A DNA stretch of 32,000 nt from Psychrobacter sp. DM4 (lineage in GTDB: Bacteria; Pseudomonadota; Gammaproteobacteria; Pseudomonadales; Moraxellaceae), in assembly GCF_051307035.1 (NCBI RefSeq), contig NZ_CP195536.1, positions 1,110,001 to 1,142,000 of the forward strand. Reading direction: 5' to 3'. The notes under the pieces are model-generated. The model had not been told where the DNA came from and made no database searches. It worked only from the letters and a program-made list of their open reading frames with translations. The position numbers were made by a program, and so were the translations under genes. Shown piece by piece: positions 7,666-15,331 of the stretch. Within the stretch, counting starts at the first letter, position 1. Every line of letters starts with the position of its first letter.

Positions 7666-8814
7666 CTAACCAAGCGCCCGCTCAAAGAACCACCATAGCG
7701 CAACAACTATGCTTATAAGCGATCCCAGATAAAAAATACCCCATTTATAAAACTGCGTATGACGCAGTATCAGGGCTAGCGGGAAAACAACGGCGATAAA
7801 TACCAGTTGCCCAAGCTCAATTCCGACATTGAAACTAAGAAGCGCTAGTACGCGGGCACTAGTCGCTAATGGCAAATCGACAAGGACATTGGCAAAGCCA
7901 AAGCCGTGAATCAGACCAAATACAAAGGCCAAATAGACGGCTCTAACTCTAAGTAACGGTACCAGATTGTTCAGCGCAGCAAAGGCAATAGATAGCGCAA
8001 TGATAGATTCAATAATTTGCGCAGGTATACTGACAACTTGCAAAGCAGCCAGGCTAAGCGTGATTGAATGCGCCAAGGTGAATGACGTTGCAATCCAAAA
8101 TACCTCTAATAGTGCTGATTTTGGTTTGCTCACCGCCACCAATTGTTTTTGTTTACGTATATACACCGCTGGTATTAACAATACAAACAAGAATAGCAAA
8201 TGATCCCAACCAATGAGCAAATGATGTATACCACTTTTTAAAAAGTTAAACGCCATAGCCAGCATGCCTGTATCAGCTTGCGAGCCAAGCGGACTTTGTC
8301 CCACTGACAATACCTGCAGTGAAGTATCGTCACTTGCTTCGGTCAACAGCAGACGGTGATTGGCATCAATACCTGCCAGTGTCTGATAGTCAAGATTATC
8401 TAAAGTAGAGGCACAGGCCACTTTAAAATCAGTATATAGATAATTGAAGCCGCCGCGAGTATTGATAGCTAAAGGCGCAAATGTGGTGACTTGGCAGGGT
8501 TGTCCTACGCTTTGCAAGCTAACTTGCGAGGCAATTAGCGCCTCTATGAGCGGCGCTTGTGCTTTAACCTCCGACCAACTCACTTCACTATCTTGGTTTG
8601 GGTCTATATCTATGAGCAGCGCTAAATCTCGTAGAGACAACTCATATTGAGCTGCGTACTGAGACTCAGAATCAATAGCATTTAAGTTCAAATAAGCGGT
8701 ACTAGACTCATGTGCTTGTACTAGAGTAGCTGTCATTGCAAGCAGCATTGTTAGCAGTGAGAGTATCAAATAGCGATAAGTGCGCCGCCAATGTAGTCCG
8801 TTATAAGTGCTCAT
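7666..8814 (-). CDS. Long-form HupE/UreJ-like membrane protein (periplasmic N-domain plus C-terminal permease domain)
   Basis: It has a signal peptide ending LVQA, a soluble domain of about 190 aa and then multiple TM helices. The TM region carries the HupE/UreJ-type motif GIHHLLIGWDHLLFLFVLL. Confidence 0.72.
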   Translation of the reverse strand: MSTYNGLHWRRTYRYLILSLLTMLLAMTATLVQAHESSTAYLNLNAIDSESQYAAQYELSLRDLALLIDIDPNQDSEVSWSEVKAQAPLIEALIASQVSLQSVGQPCQVTTFAPLAINTRGGFNYLYTDFKVACASTLDNLDYQTLAGIDANHRLLLTEASDDTSLQVLSVGQSPLGSQADTGMLAMAFNFLKSGIHHLLIGWDHLLFLFVLLIPAVYIRKQKQLVAVSKPKSALLEVFWIATSFTLAHSITLSLAALQVVSIPAQIIESIIALSIAFAALNNLVPLLRVRAVYLAFVFGLIHGFGFANVLVDLPLATSARVLALLSFNVGIELGQLVFIAVVFPLALILRHTQFYKWGIFYLGSLISIVVALWWFFERALG

Positions 8815-10001
8815 TAAGACTTATCCTTATTCATCGCTTGCGTCGCAGTACAGTTTAGACACTCCTCAATTTTGCCTAAGATTAAAGCGCGCTCAAGCGT
8901 AGGGTACTCAAACTGCGTATCGCTGATAAATTGACGAATAATGTTAATGTCCTTTTTGCTATCCGCTTTTATGGCAGTGGTTGCATATAGCACGATATCA
9001 GCGGTTTCGCGCTGCTGCTGCCAGTTGTCCTGCGCTAAGTTGAGCGCGTCATCATTTTGCTTAGCAAGCAGAGCGTACATTGCTTGCTCACGCGTGTGGG
9101 CTTTTTCGCCTCGCAATTGCCAAACGTCGATACGCTCTTTCATTAATGCAAGGTTTGCATCCGCTTTAGGGTCGCCCATCTTCATTTGCGCCTCGATAAG
9201 GCGCAGCAGCAGCGCGTCTTTATCGGTATGATTTTGTAGCAAATCGATTACTTGCTGGTATTTACCGATACTGAGTAACCAATCCGCGCGCGCCATCAGT
9301 GCTGGTACTGTTTGATCATCTATGACCGCAAACACTTGATTAGCAAGGGTGGTATCAGAGCTACGCAGGGCTGCATCTGCTTGAATTAAGTATATCCAAA
9401 GCGCGGTTGACGCATCTAAACGCGGCGCTAAGCTAGCAAGCGAATTGAGCGTCTGCTTAGCTTGACTTAGCTTCCCTGTCATGCTTTGAATTTGAGCGAT
9501 ACAGGCCGCCTGATACACCTCTAATGAAGGATCGTTTAGCTGGTCGCAATAATCCATAGCCTCATCGAACTGTCCTTGCACAACCAGCAGCGAGGATAGC
9601 GTTAATAAGGCATCTGGGTGCGCGGGGTCTTGATTGAGTATTTGCGCTAGTATCTCTTTTGCCTGAGTAAATCTATGGTCGGATTGGAGTGCTCGCGCTC
9701 GTAGCATCAGCGTCTCTATGCTTTGATCTTCGCTTTGATCTAATTGTGCGCGTGCTTGCCCGAGCGCGCGCGGGTCGCCTTCTAAATAAGCGCGTTCTAG
9801 TAGCTGCTTGGCATTGTCCGCACTATTAAGAGTAGTAGTGGCGGTTAGATCAGATACGCTGCTATAGCGAGGAGAGGGGGAGTCTGTTGGCAAAGTCTCA
9901 AGTATTTGCAAATCATCTGTCGGTATAAAGGGCGCAGCATATAATGGCTGGCTACTAAGTATTGCTAGTAGTAAGCCGATAGAGAGCTTGATCCATAGCA
10001 T
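8814..10001 (-). CDS. Secreted tetratricopeptide-repeat (TPR)-like protein
   Basis: It has an N-terminal signal peptide (LLLAILSSQPLYA|AP). The body is a helical repeat with recurring A/L/Q-rich 34-aa-like units. AAGGAG lies 8 nt upstream. Its stop overlaps the next ATG (TAATG). Confidence 0.7.
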   Translation of the reverse strand: MLWIKLSIGLLLAILSSQPLYAAPFIPTDDLQILETLPTDSPSPRYSSVSDLTATTTLNSADNAKQLLERAYLEGDPRALGQARAQLDQSEDQSIETLMLRARALQSDHRFTQAKEILAQILNQDPAHPDALLTLSSLLVVQGQFDEAMDYCDQLNDPSLEVYQAACIAQIQSMTGKLSQAKQTLNSLASLAPRLDASTALWIYLIQADAALRSSDTTLANQVFAVIDDQTVPALMARADWLLSIGKYQQVIDLLQNHTDKDALLLRLIEAQMKMGDPKADANLALMKERIDVWQLRGEKAHTREQAMYALLAKQNDDALNLAQDNWQQQRETADIVLYATTAIKADSKKDINIIRQFISDTQFEYPTLERALILGKIEECLNCTATQAMNKDKS

Positions 10002-10028
10002 AAAAGTGCTCCTTGCAAAACGTAAAGA

Positions 10029-10058
10029 AGCACCTGATCAGTAACCCGATTAGGTGCT
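10029..10058 (-). promoter_or_regulatory. Intercistronic stem-loop between the lipoprotein and TPR genes
   Basis: The 7-bp stem is perfect, AGCACCT (10029-10035) with AGGTGCT (10052-10058), and has a 16-nt loop. On the minus strand it is followed by a partly T-rich tract and then the TPR gene SD. Confidence 0.4.
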
Positions 10059-10077
10059 GGCTGTCTCTTATACTACA

Positions 10078-10365
10078 CTATAAAGAAGCGTTAGCATCTT
10101 CAATAGCGATAGGCTCTGCCCGATTGGCTTCAGGCAATACAATACGATCTATGTCTTGCGGTTCGGCAGTGTTGACACCGTTTACATCTGGGCTAGCATC
10201 AATTACATCAGAGGTTCTATCTACTGCCAATTGAGCATTGTTTTGATCTCTTATCAGGTCATTATCAACCTGATTTTGAGTATCGAAATTATTATTATCA
10301 CTGTCGGAGCAACCAATAAGAGCAGCTGATCCGGCGAATACCATTGCTAAAAGTACATGGCGCAT
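10078..10365 (-). CDS. Small acidic Asp/Asn-rich lipoprotein
   Basis: The lipobox LIGC follows a hydrophobic leader (MRHVLLAMVFAGSAALIGC). I prefer the ATG at 10365 because AGGAG lies 7 nt upstream. The track ORF starts at 10371. Confidence 0.65.
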   Translation of the reverse strand: MRHVLLAMVFAGSAALIGCSDSDNNNFDTQNQVDNDLIRDQNNAQLAVDRTSDVIDASPDVNGVNTAEPQDIDRIVLPEANRAEPIAIEDANASL

Positions 10366-10392
10366 TGTCATTCTCCTTGAGTTAGCGTCAGC

Positions 10393-11907
10393 TTATCGAC
10401 TATCTGAATCTGAACCTGAGTTTCCACTACCAGCATTAGGGGTAGTTAGATAAGGGAACACTGAGTCAAAGTCATTCGCAGTTTTGAGAGTAGCGCGATC
10501 GGTGAGCAATGCTTTACCCGCTTTGGCATCAGCTGGTACACAAGTCACCGCAGCTGGTAGACCGGCGTGACACAGTGCACCCATAGAGACTCGAAGCGCA
10601 ATATCAGTTACATCATCACCCGGGCGTCGACCATTTGGAAATCCAGCAGTATCTACACCAGTACTAGGTCGTCCATCAGTTTGAACGCTTTGAATAAGAC
10701 TAAGTAGTCCTAAGTCGTTTTGATTGCCAGCGGCCACAGCAGCAATGTTGGTGTTTAAGCGCAACATGTCGGCTGGAACTTGATTGGCATTAGCAGGTTT
10801 GTTAACCGTTGGTACGCCCGTCAAAAACGCAGTCACAAGATCCTGACGTGGAAAGTTGGTCGGCGCAGGTGCTGCAAATAAAGTCTCAATAAGTTTTGGA
10901 AGCGTTGGATAAAAGACATAATCTTTAAAGTTTGCCACATCATCTTTTGGCTCTGAAGCATTGAACTTATCTTTGTCTTTTAGACCGATAACCACTTCAT
11001 TAACTAGCGGCATACCTAGTCGTGAAACTTGCGTCCAAGCGCCGCCTTTTTTGGCAGTAGTACTAATGCCTGAAGCAGGATTGCCATTTACCAAGGTTGC
11101 TTGACGCACACTTGCTGTCGTCCAAGCACCGATGACAGGGTCAGAACCAGCAACTAAACAAGCTTTTGGCACTTCCATTGCAATAGAGGTGACGTTCTTA
11201 TCTGCTAATATATTAGTTCCACCAGTACGCGACAGTGTAGGATCAAGATTAATTAGATCAAATACTTTACCTAGATCAATCGAAAAGCCTTCAGCACGTT
11301 GACCGACGAATACTTTACCCTTAGCATTACAGCCTGGAATGGTTAAATCGTTAATAAATCCTCTTGCATAAGTAGGGTAGTCAGCGAAAGATTTGGTACC
11401 AATATAATCAAACGGCTTATCAAAATTACCTAATGACGTACGGTTGCCACTACGGCGATCACCCTTGACCATGGTTACTTCATATTTTTCACTAGTTTGT
11501 AAATTATTTTTGATCGACGCATCACCAGCATTGGATAAAGGAATAGCGACTTTTGATGGACCGCCTGAATCGATCTCAATGCTATTTAGGTCTTGAGTAA
11601 AATCAAACTGAAAGGTGATATCTTCAACAGCATCGCCATCGTTATCGATGTGAATCTCATACAGCGCATCTGGGTCAAGAGCGAAATAATTAGGCCCGCC
11701 GTATGCATCCTGTAATGGCAGATAGTTTGCGATAATCGTGACGTAATCACTACGGTTGTTCTCGTAACTATTGAACATATAAAAGTCAGAGGCATCGACT
11801 TTTGGAGTTTTGGTAATTGAAGGGGCTTCGCGGTGACTTGAAGCGACTGCACTTGCACTCATGCTTAGAGCTATCGCTGCTATCAGTGCTTTTGTCGTGT
11901 GTTTCAT
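10393..11907 (-). CDS. Secreted DUF4331-like protein (uncharacterised family)
   Basis: The track ORF (to 12072) has an implausible N-extension. The ATG at 11907 has AAGGA upstream and yields the signal peptide MKHTTKALIAAIALSMSASAVA. The SSHREAPSITKTPKVDASDFYMF motif that follows is, as I recall, the hallmark N-terminus of DUF4331. Confidence 0.72.
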   Translation of the reverse strand: MKHTTKALIAAIALSMSASAVASSHREAPSITKTPKVDASDFYMFNSYENNRSDYVTIIANYLPLQDAYGGPNYFALDPDALYEIHIDNDGDAVEDITFQFDFTQDLNSIEIDSGGPSKVAIPLSNAGDASIKNNLQTSEKYEVTMVKGDRRSGNRTSLGNFDKPFDYIGTKSFADYPTYARGFINDLTIPGCNAKGKVFVGQRAEGFSIDLGKVFDLINLDPTLSRTGGTNILADKNVTSIAMEVPKACLVAGSDPVIGAWTTASVRQATLVNGNPASGISTTAKKGGAWTQVSRLGMPLVNEVVIGLKDKDKFNASEPKDDVANFKDYVFYPTLPKLIETLFAAPAPTNFPRQDLVTAFLTGVPTVNKPANANQVPADMLRLNTNIAAVAAGNQNDLGLLSLIQSVQTDGRPSTGVDTAGFPNGRRPGDDVTDIALRVSMGALCHAGLPAAVTCVPADAKAGKALLTDRATLKTANDFDSVFPYLTTPNAGSGNSGSDSDSR

Positions 11908-12243
11908 ACGTATCCTTGTAGAGAAACTAAAATAAGAGTGAAGTAAATTATTGAAACTACAGTGATTTTTATTATCAATAACCATAGTTGTTACAAAGTA
12001 TACCCTTAAATTTCTGTAGCTGTTTGTCTTTCTATCGGCAATATTGCTACGCTCGTCAGATGTTACAAACATTTACACTTTTGAGATACTTATACTCTGG
12101 TAGAAATTAATTAAGTTTTACTCGCGAACGTTGCAATCATAAACATTAACGACCGGTCTCATTCGGAATTAGAGGAGTGAACAAAGTGATTTGCACAATT
12201 CCTTCATCATTGGCAATAAACAATATATCTAAAGTCTGTTTTA

Positions 12244-13077
12244 TCAAAGTACATAAAGGTTGCTTTCAATATTATGTTTCATATGCAAGAGCCTTGGGGC
12301 GATATCCTCTTCAAGCGTTTTGCGACTCAGCACAAAACTTGGCGCGCCGCAATTAAAAGTGAGTAAGCCCTCAACGGGGTGCATAATAGCCGTAGCAACC
12401 GCATTGACATCCTTTTGCCAGTCCCCAAACGAAAAACAATACCCAAAGTCCTCAAAGTCTTTAAAGGCTAGATCTAAGCTACGTTTTATTTTTGACCAGT
12501 CTTTATCATGCTTACTCCGAATCGCATTCATAATAAAATCCTGTTCAGGGGTAGGCATGCTCGCTAGGCAGGCGCGTCCCATCGCACTAGAGTGCATAGG
12601 TAAATAGGAGCCGACATTACGGCGCATCGTTGTGGTACTAGAGCCTTGTACCACGTGAAGATAGACCATCATTAGCCTGTCACGAGTCGCCATGGCAACC
12701 GCACTACCAGCGTAGTTCGCAAGCTCCTCCATATGCGGCGTGACTAGATTGTTGATAGAGATGTTCGCCATCATCGTATAGCCAAAGCCTAATACGCCAA
12801 CCGCTAGCTGATATTTGCTACTTGTGGTGGATTGTTTTAGGTAGCCCAATTTGACCAAAGTATATGTTAGGCGCGTGATCGTGCCTTTAGGTAGACCCGT
12901 TAATTGGCTCAACTCTTGATTGCCGAGTAGTGGCTGCTGCGGAGTAAAACAGCGCAGTAGCTCAAGCCCGCGAGCAAGAGCGGTCACAAACTGCCGATCA
13001 CTCTGATCTCGCATTTGGGTCATAGGCTCAAGCAGCTCAAAGGATGCACTGCTAGGGGTCGTATCAGATATTGTCAT
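12244..13077 (-). CDS. IclR-family transcriptional regulator (PcaR/PcaU-like)
   Basis: The N-terminal wHTH region reads FVTALARGLELLRCF...ELSQLTGLPKGTITRLTYTLVKLGYL. A C-terminal IclR effector domain follows. Confidence 0.85.
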   Translation of the reverse strand: MTISDTTPSSASFELLEPMTQMRDQSDRQFVTALARGLELLRCFTPQQPLLGNQELSQLTGLPKGTITRLTYTLVKLGYLKQSTTSSKYQLAVGVLGFGYTMMANISINNLVTPHMEELANYAGSAVAMATRDRLMMVYLHVVQGSSTTTMRRNVGSYLPMHSSAMGRACLASMPTPEQDFIMNAIRSKHDKDWSKIKRSLDLAFKDFEDFGYCFSFGDWQKDVNAVATAIMHPVEGLLTFNCGAPSFVLSRKTLEEDIAPRLLHMKHNIESNLYVL

Positions 13078-13101
13078 AAAGAATTGTAGTCTTGGTTGAG
13101 T

Positions 13102-14256
13102 TTATTCACTGACTTCTCTGATCATATTACGAGCGATTATGATCTGCTGAATCTGCGTGGTACCTTCATATAGACGATACAGACGCACATCACGATAGAA
13201 ACGCTCGATACCATAATCTGCAATGTAGCCGGCACCGCCAAGAATCTGTACCGCTCTATCAGCAACGCGTCCACACATTTCAGTGGCGAACATCTTGCAA
13301 CAAGAGGACTCTGTAGCGACATCTTTGCCCTCATCACGCAGGCGTGATGCATCGAGCACCATAGATTTGGCCGCATAAATCTCCGCTTTTGAGTCCGCAA
13401 GCATCGCCTGAATCAGCTGGAAACTAGCAATAGGCTGACCAAACTGTTTACGGTCGACAGCATAACGCAAGGCATCATCGAGCATGCGTGTGGCTGCGCC
13501 CGTACTGGCAGCGGCAATATGTAAGCGCCCTTTATCAAGTACTTTCATCGCGGTCTTAAAGCCGACACCTTCAACACCGCCGATAAGTGCATCAGCAGGT
13601 ACGACGCAATTATCAAAGATAACATCGCAAGTATGCGCACCTTTTTGGCCCATTTTTTTATCCCATTTACCAAGCGTAATACCTGGGGTATCGCTCTCAA
13701 CGATAAACGCTGAGATACCGCCCGCCCGTTTATTCTCAGGATCGGTACGCGCCATCACGGTAAATATACCTGCTTCAGGCGCGTTAGTGATATAACGCTT
13801 GGTGCCATTTAGAACATAAGTATCACCATCTTTGATAGCAGTCGTTCTAAGGGAGGCCGCATCCGAGCCAGACTCAGGTTCAGTCAAACAAAACGAGCCG
13901 ATAATCTCACCGCTAGCGAGCCTAGGCAGGTACTTTTGTTTTTGTTCTTCAGTGCCGTCGATGACTAACCCTAAAGAGCCGATACCGTTGTTGGTACCGA
14001 TGAGCGAGCGAAAAGCGGGGGAGGTGCGTCCCATCTCAAAGGCGACGATGACCTCTTCTTCCATAGTCAGACCAAGACCGCCGTATTCTTCTGGAATAGT
14101 GAGACCGAATAATCCTAATTCGCGCATTTGACTGATGATGTCTTCTGGTAGACGATCGTTTTCGGCAACCCAATCCTCTTTAGGTATGAGCTGATCATTG
14201 ACAAATTGGCGAACGGTGTTGAGGATATGGTCGAGGACTTCTTGATCTCTAATCAT
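13102..14256 (-). CDS. Acyl-CoA dehydrogenase
   Basis: Full-length ACAD pattern (CLTEPESGSDA, YITNA, QFGQPIASFQ, catalytic-Glu region YEGTTQIQ). Confidence 0.92.
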   Translation of the reverse strand: MIRDQEVLDHILNTVRQFVNDQLIPKEDWVAENDRLPEDIISQMRELGLFGLTIPEEYGGLGLTMEEEVIVAFEMGRTSPAFRSLIGTNNGIGSLGLVIDGTEEQKQKYLPRLASGEIIGSFCLTEPESGSDAASLRTTAIKDGDTYVLNGTKRYITNAPEAGIFTVMARTDPENKRAGGISAFIVESDTPGITLGKWDKKMGQKGAHTCDVIFDNCVVPADALIGGVEGVGFKTAMKVLDKGRLHIAAASTGAATRMLDDALRYAVDRKQFGQPIASFQLIQAMLADSKAEIYAAKSMVLDASRLRDEGKDVATESSCCKMFATEMCGRVADRAVQILGGAGYIADYGIERFYRDVRLYRLYEGTTQIQQIIIARNMIREVSE

Positions 14257-14404
14257 GTGACTTCCTTGTCTGATGTGACTGAATAATGTAAATAGTTAGG
14301 ATTGGTCTTAGTACTAGCAATTGATTGCATAACTCATTGTTTTACATAAATGGCTTGTATGAGCTAAATAGCATAATCTATAATAAGGCAGATTACAACA
14401 ATTT

Positions 14405-14428
14405 CGGTTTTGAAAACCGCACTGCGGT
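14405..14428. promoter_or_regulatory. Two overlapping palindromes in the divergent ACAD / enoyl-CoA hydratase promoter region
   Basis: The palindromes are CGGTTTTgAAAACCG (14405-14419) and ACCGCAcTGCGGT (14416-14428). They lie 48-71 nt upstream of the hydratase ATG. Confidence 0.4.
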
Positions 14429-14475
14429 ATTTATTAGTACTATAGATTCGATGAATAACTAACAAGGATATCATT

Positions 14476-15252
14476 ATGGAAGAGTCAATAATCACTTGTG
14501 AGACCTTAGATAGCGGCGTGAGCGTAATAACCCTTAATCGTCCGAAAGTTCGCAACGCTTTAAACGCTGAGTTACGCGAGCAAATGGCAGAGATTTTTAT
14601 TCGATTAAACGATGACCCAAAGACAAAAGCCATTGTACTTACTGGTGGCGATAAAGTGTTTGCCGCTGGTGCGGATATCAATGACTTCTTGACCGCAAAG
14701 ACAGTCGATGTTTATTTGCGTCATAGCGAGCGCTACTGGGATGCTATCACTCATTGCCGCAAGCCCATCATCGCCGCGGTCAATGGTTACGCACTAGGCG
14801 GCGGCTGTGAGCTGGCTATGCACGCCGACATCATCGTCGCGGGCAAGTCAGCCAAGTTTGGACAACCTGAGATTAAAATTGGATTAATGCCAGGAGCAGG
14901 CGGTACGCAGCGGCTGTTTCGTGTGCTTGGCAAGCATAAAGCCATGAAGATAATATTAACGGGTGACATGATAACTGCTGAAGCAGCGGATCAAATGGGG
15001 CTGGTCTCTGAAGTGGTCGAAGATAAGACGACTATTAAGCGTGCTATTGAAATCGCGGAACAACTAGCAGGATATTCGCCGATTGCCTTGGCCCAAATAA
15101 AAGAAGTTGCTAATTTAGGCGTGGATATGCCACTACAAGCGGCGTTGGCTTTAGAGCGTAAAGCCTTTCAGATTTTGTTCGATACCAAAGATCAAAAAGA
15201 AGGCGCAAAAGCTTTTTTGGAAAAACGTGATGCGAACTATACAGGTCGGTAA
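14476..15252 (+). CDS. Enoyl-CoA hydratase (crotonase family, PaaF-like)
   Basis: Crotonase motifs are present (FAAGADI, NGYALGGGCELAM, GLMPGAGGTQRL, EGAKAFLEKR). Confidence 0.92.
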   Translation: MEESIITCETLDSGVSVITLNRPKVRNALNAELREQMAEIFIRLNDDPKTKAIVLTGGDKVFAAGADINDFLTAKTVDVYLRHSERYWDAITHCRKPIIAAVNGYALGGGCELAMHADIIVAGKSAKFGQPEIKIGLMPGAGGTQRLFRVLGKHKAMKIILTGDMITAEAADQMGLVSEVVEDKTTIKRAIEIAEQLAGYSPIALAQIKEVANLGVDMPLQAALALERKAFQILFDTKDQKEGAKAFLEKRDANYTGR

Positions 15253-15331
15253 AGTACTGAATACCGCATATAAATTTTGAAGACATAGCTAGGCAATAGG
15301 GCTATGCAACACGCGTATATAAAGGATTATT

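Noticed and set aside
11964-11982. A Fur-box-like sequence GATTTTTATTATCAATAAC upstream of the DUF4331 operon
   Set aside because: By my count it matches the 19-bp Fur consensus at only about 13 positions, in a very AT-rich promoter region. That is too weak to call without a species-specific matrix. It is still worth scoring computationally, because a real metal-regulator box would support the metal hypothesis.
12059-12071. The palindrome ATGTTacaAACAT upstream of the DUF4331 operon, considered as a possible Zur or other metalloregulator site
   Set aside because: The arms are only 5 bp and resemble the Zur consensus I remember poorly. Chance occurrence in AT-rich DNA is likely.
11908-12072. 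A 55-codon N-terminal extension of the DUF4331-like ORF (track start 12072)
   Set aside because: The extension is Asn/Ser/Phe-rich junk with no RBS. The internal ATG at 11907 has AAGGA upstream and gives a canonical signal peptide directly before the conserved SSHREAP motif.
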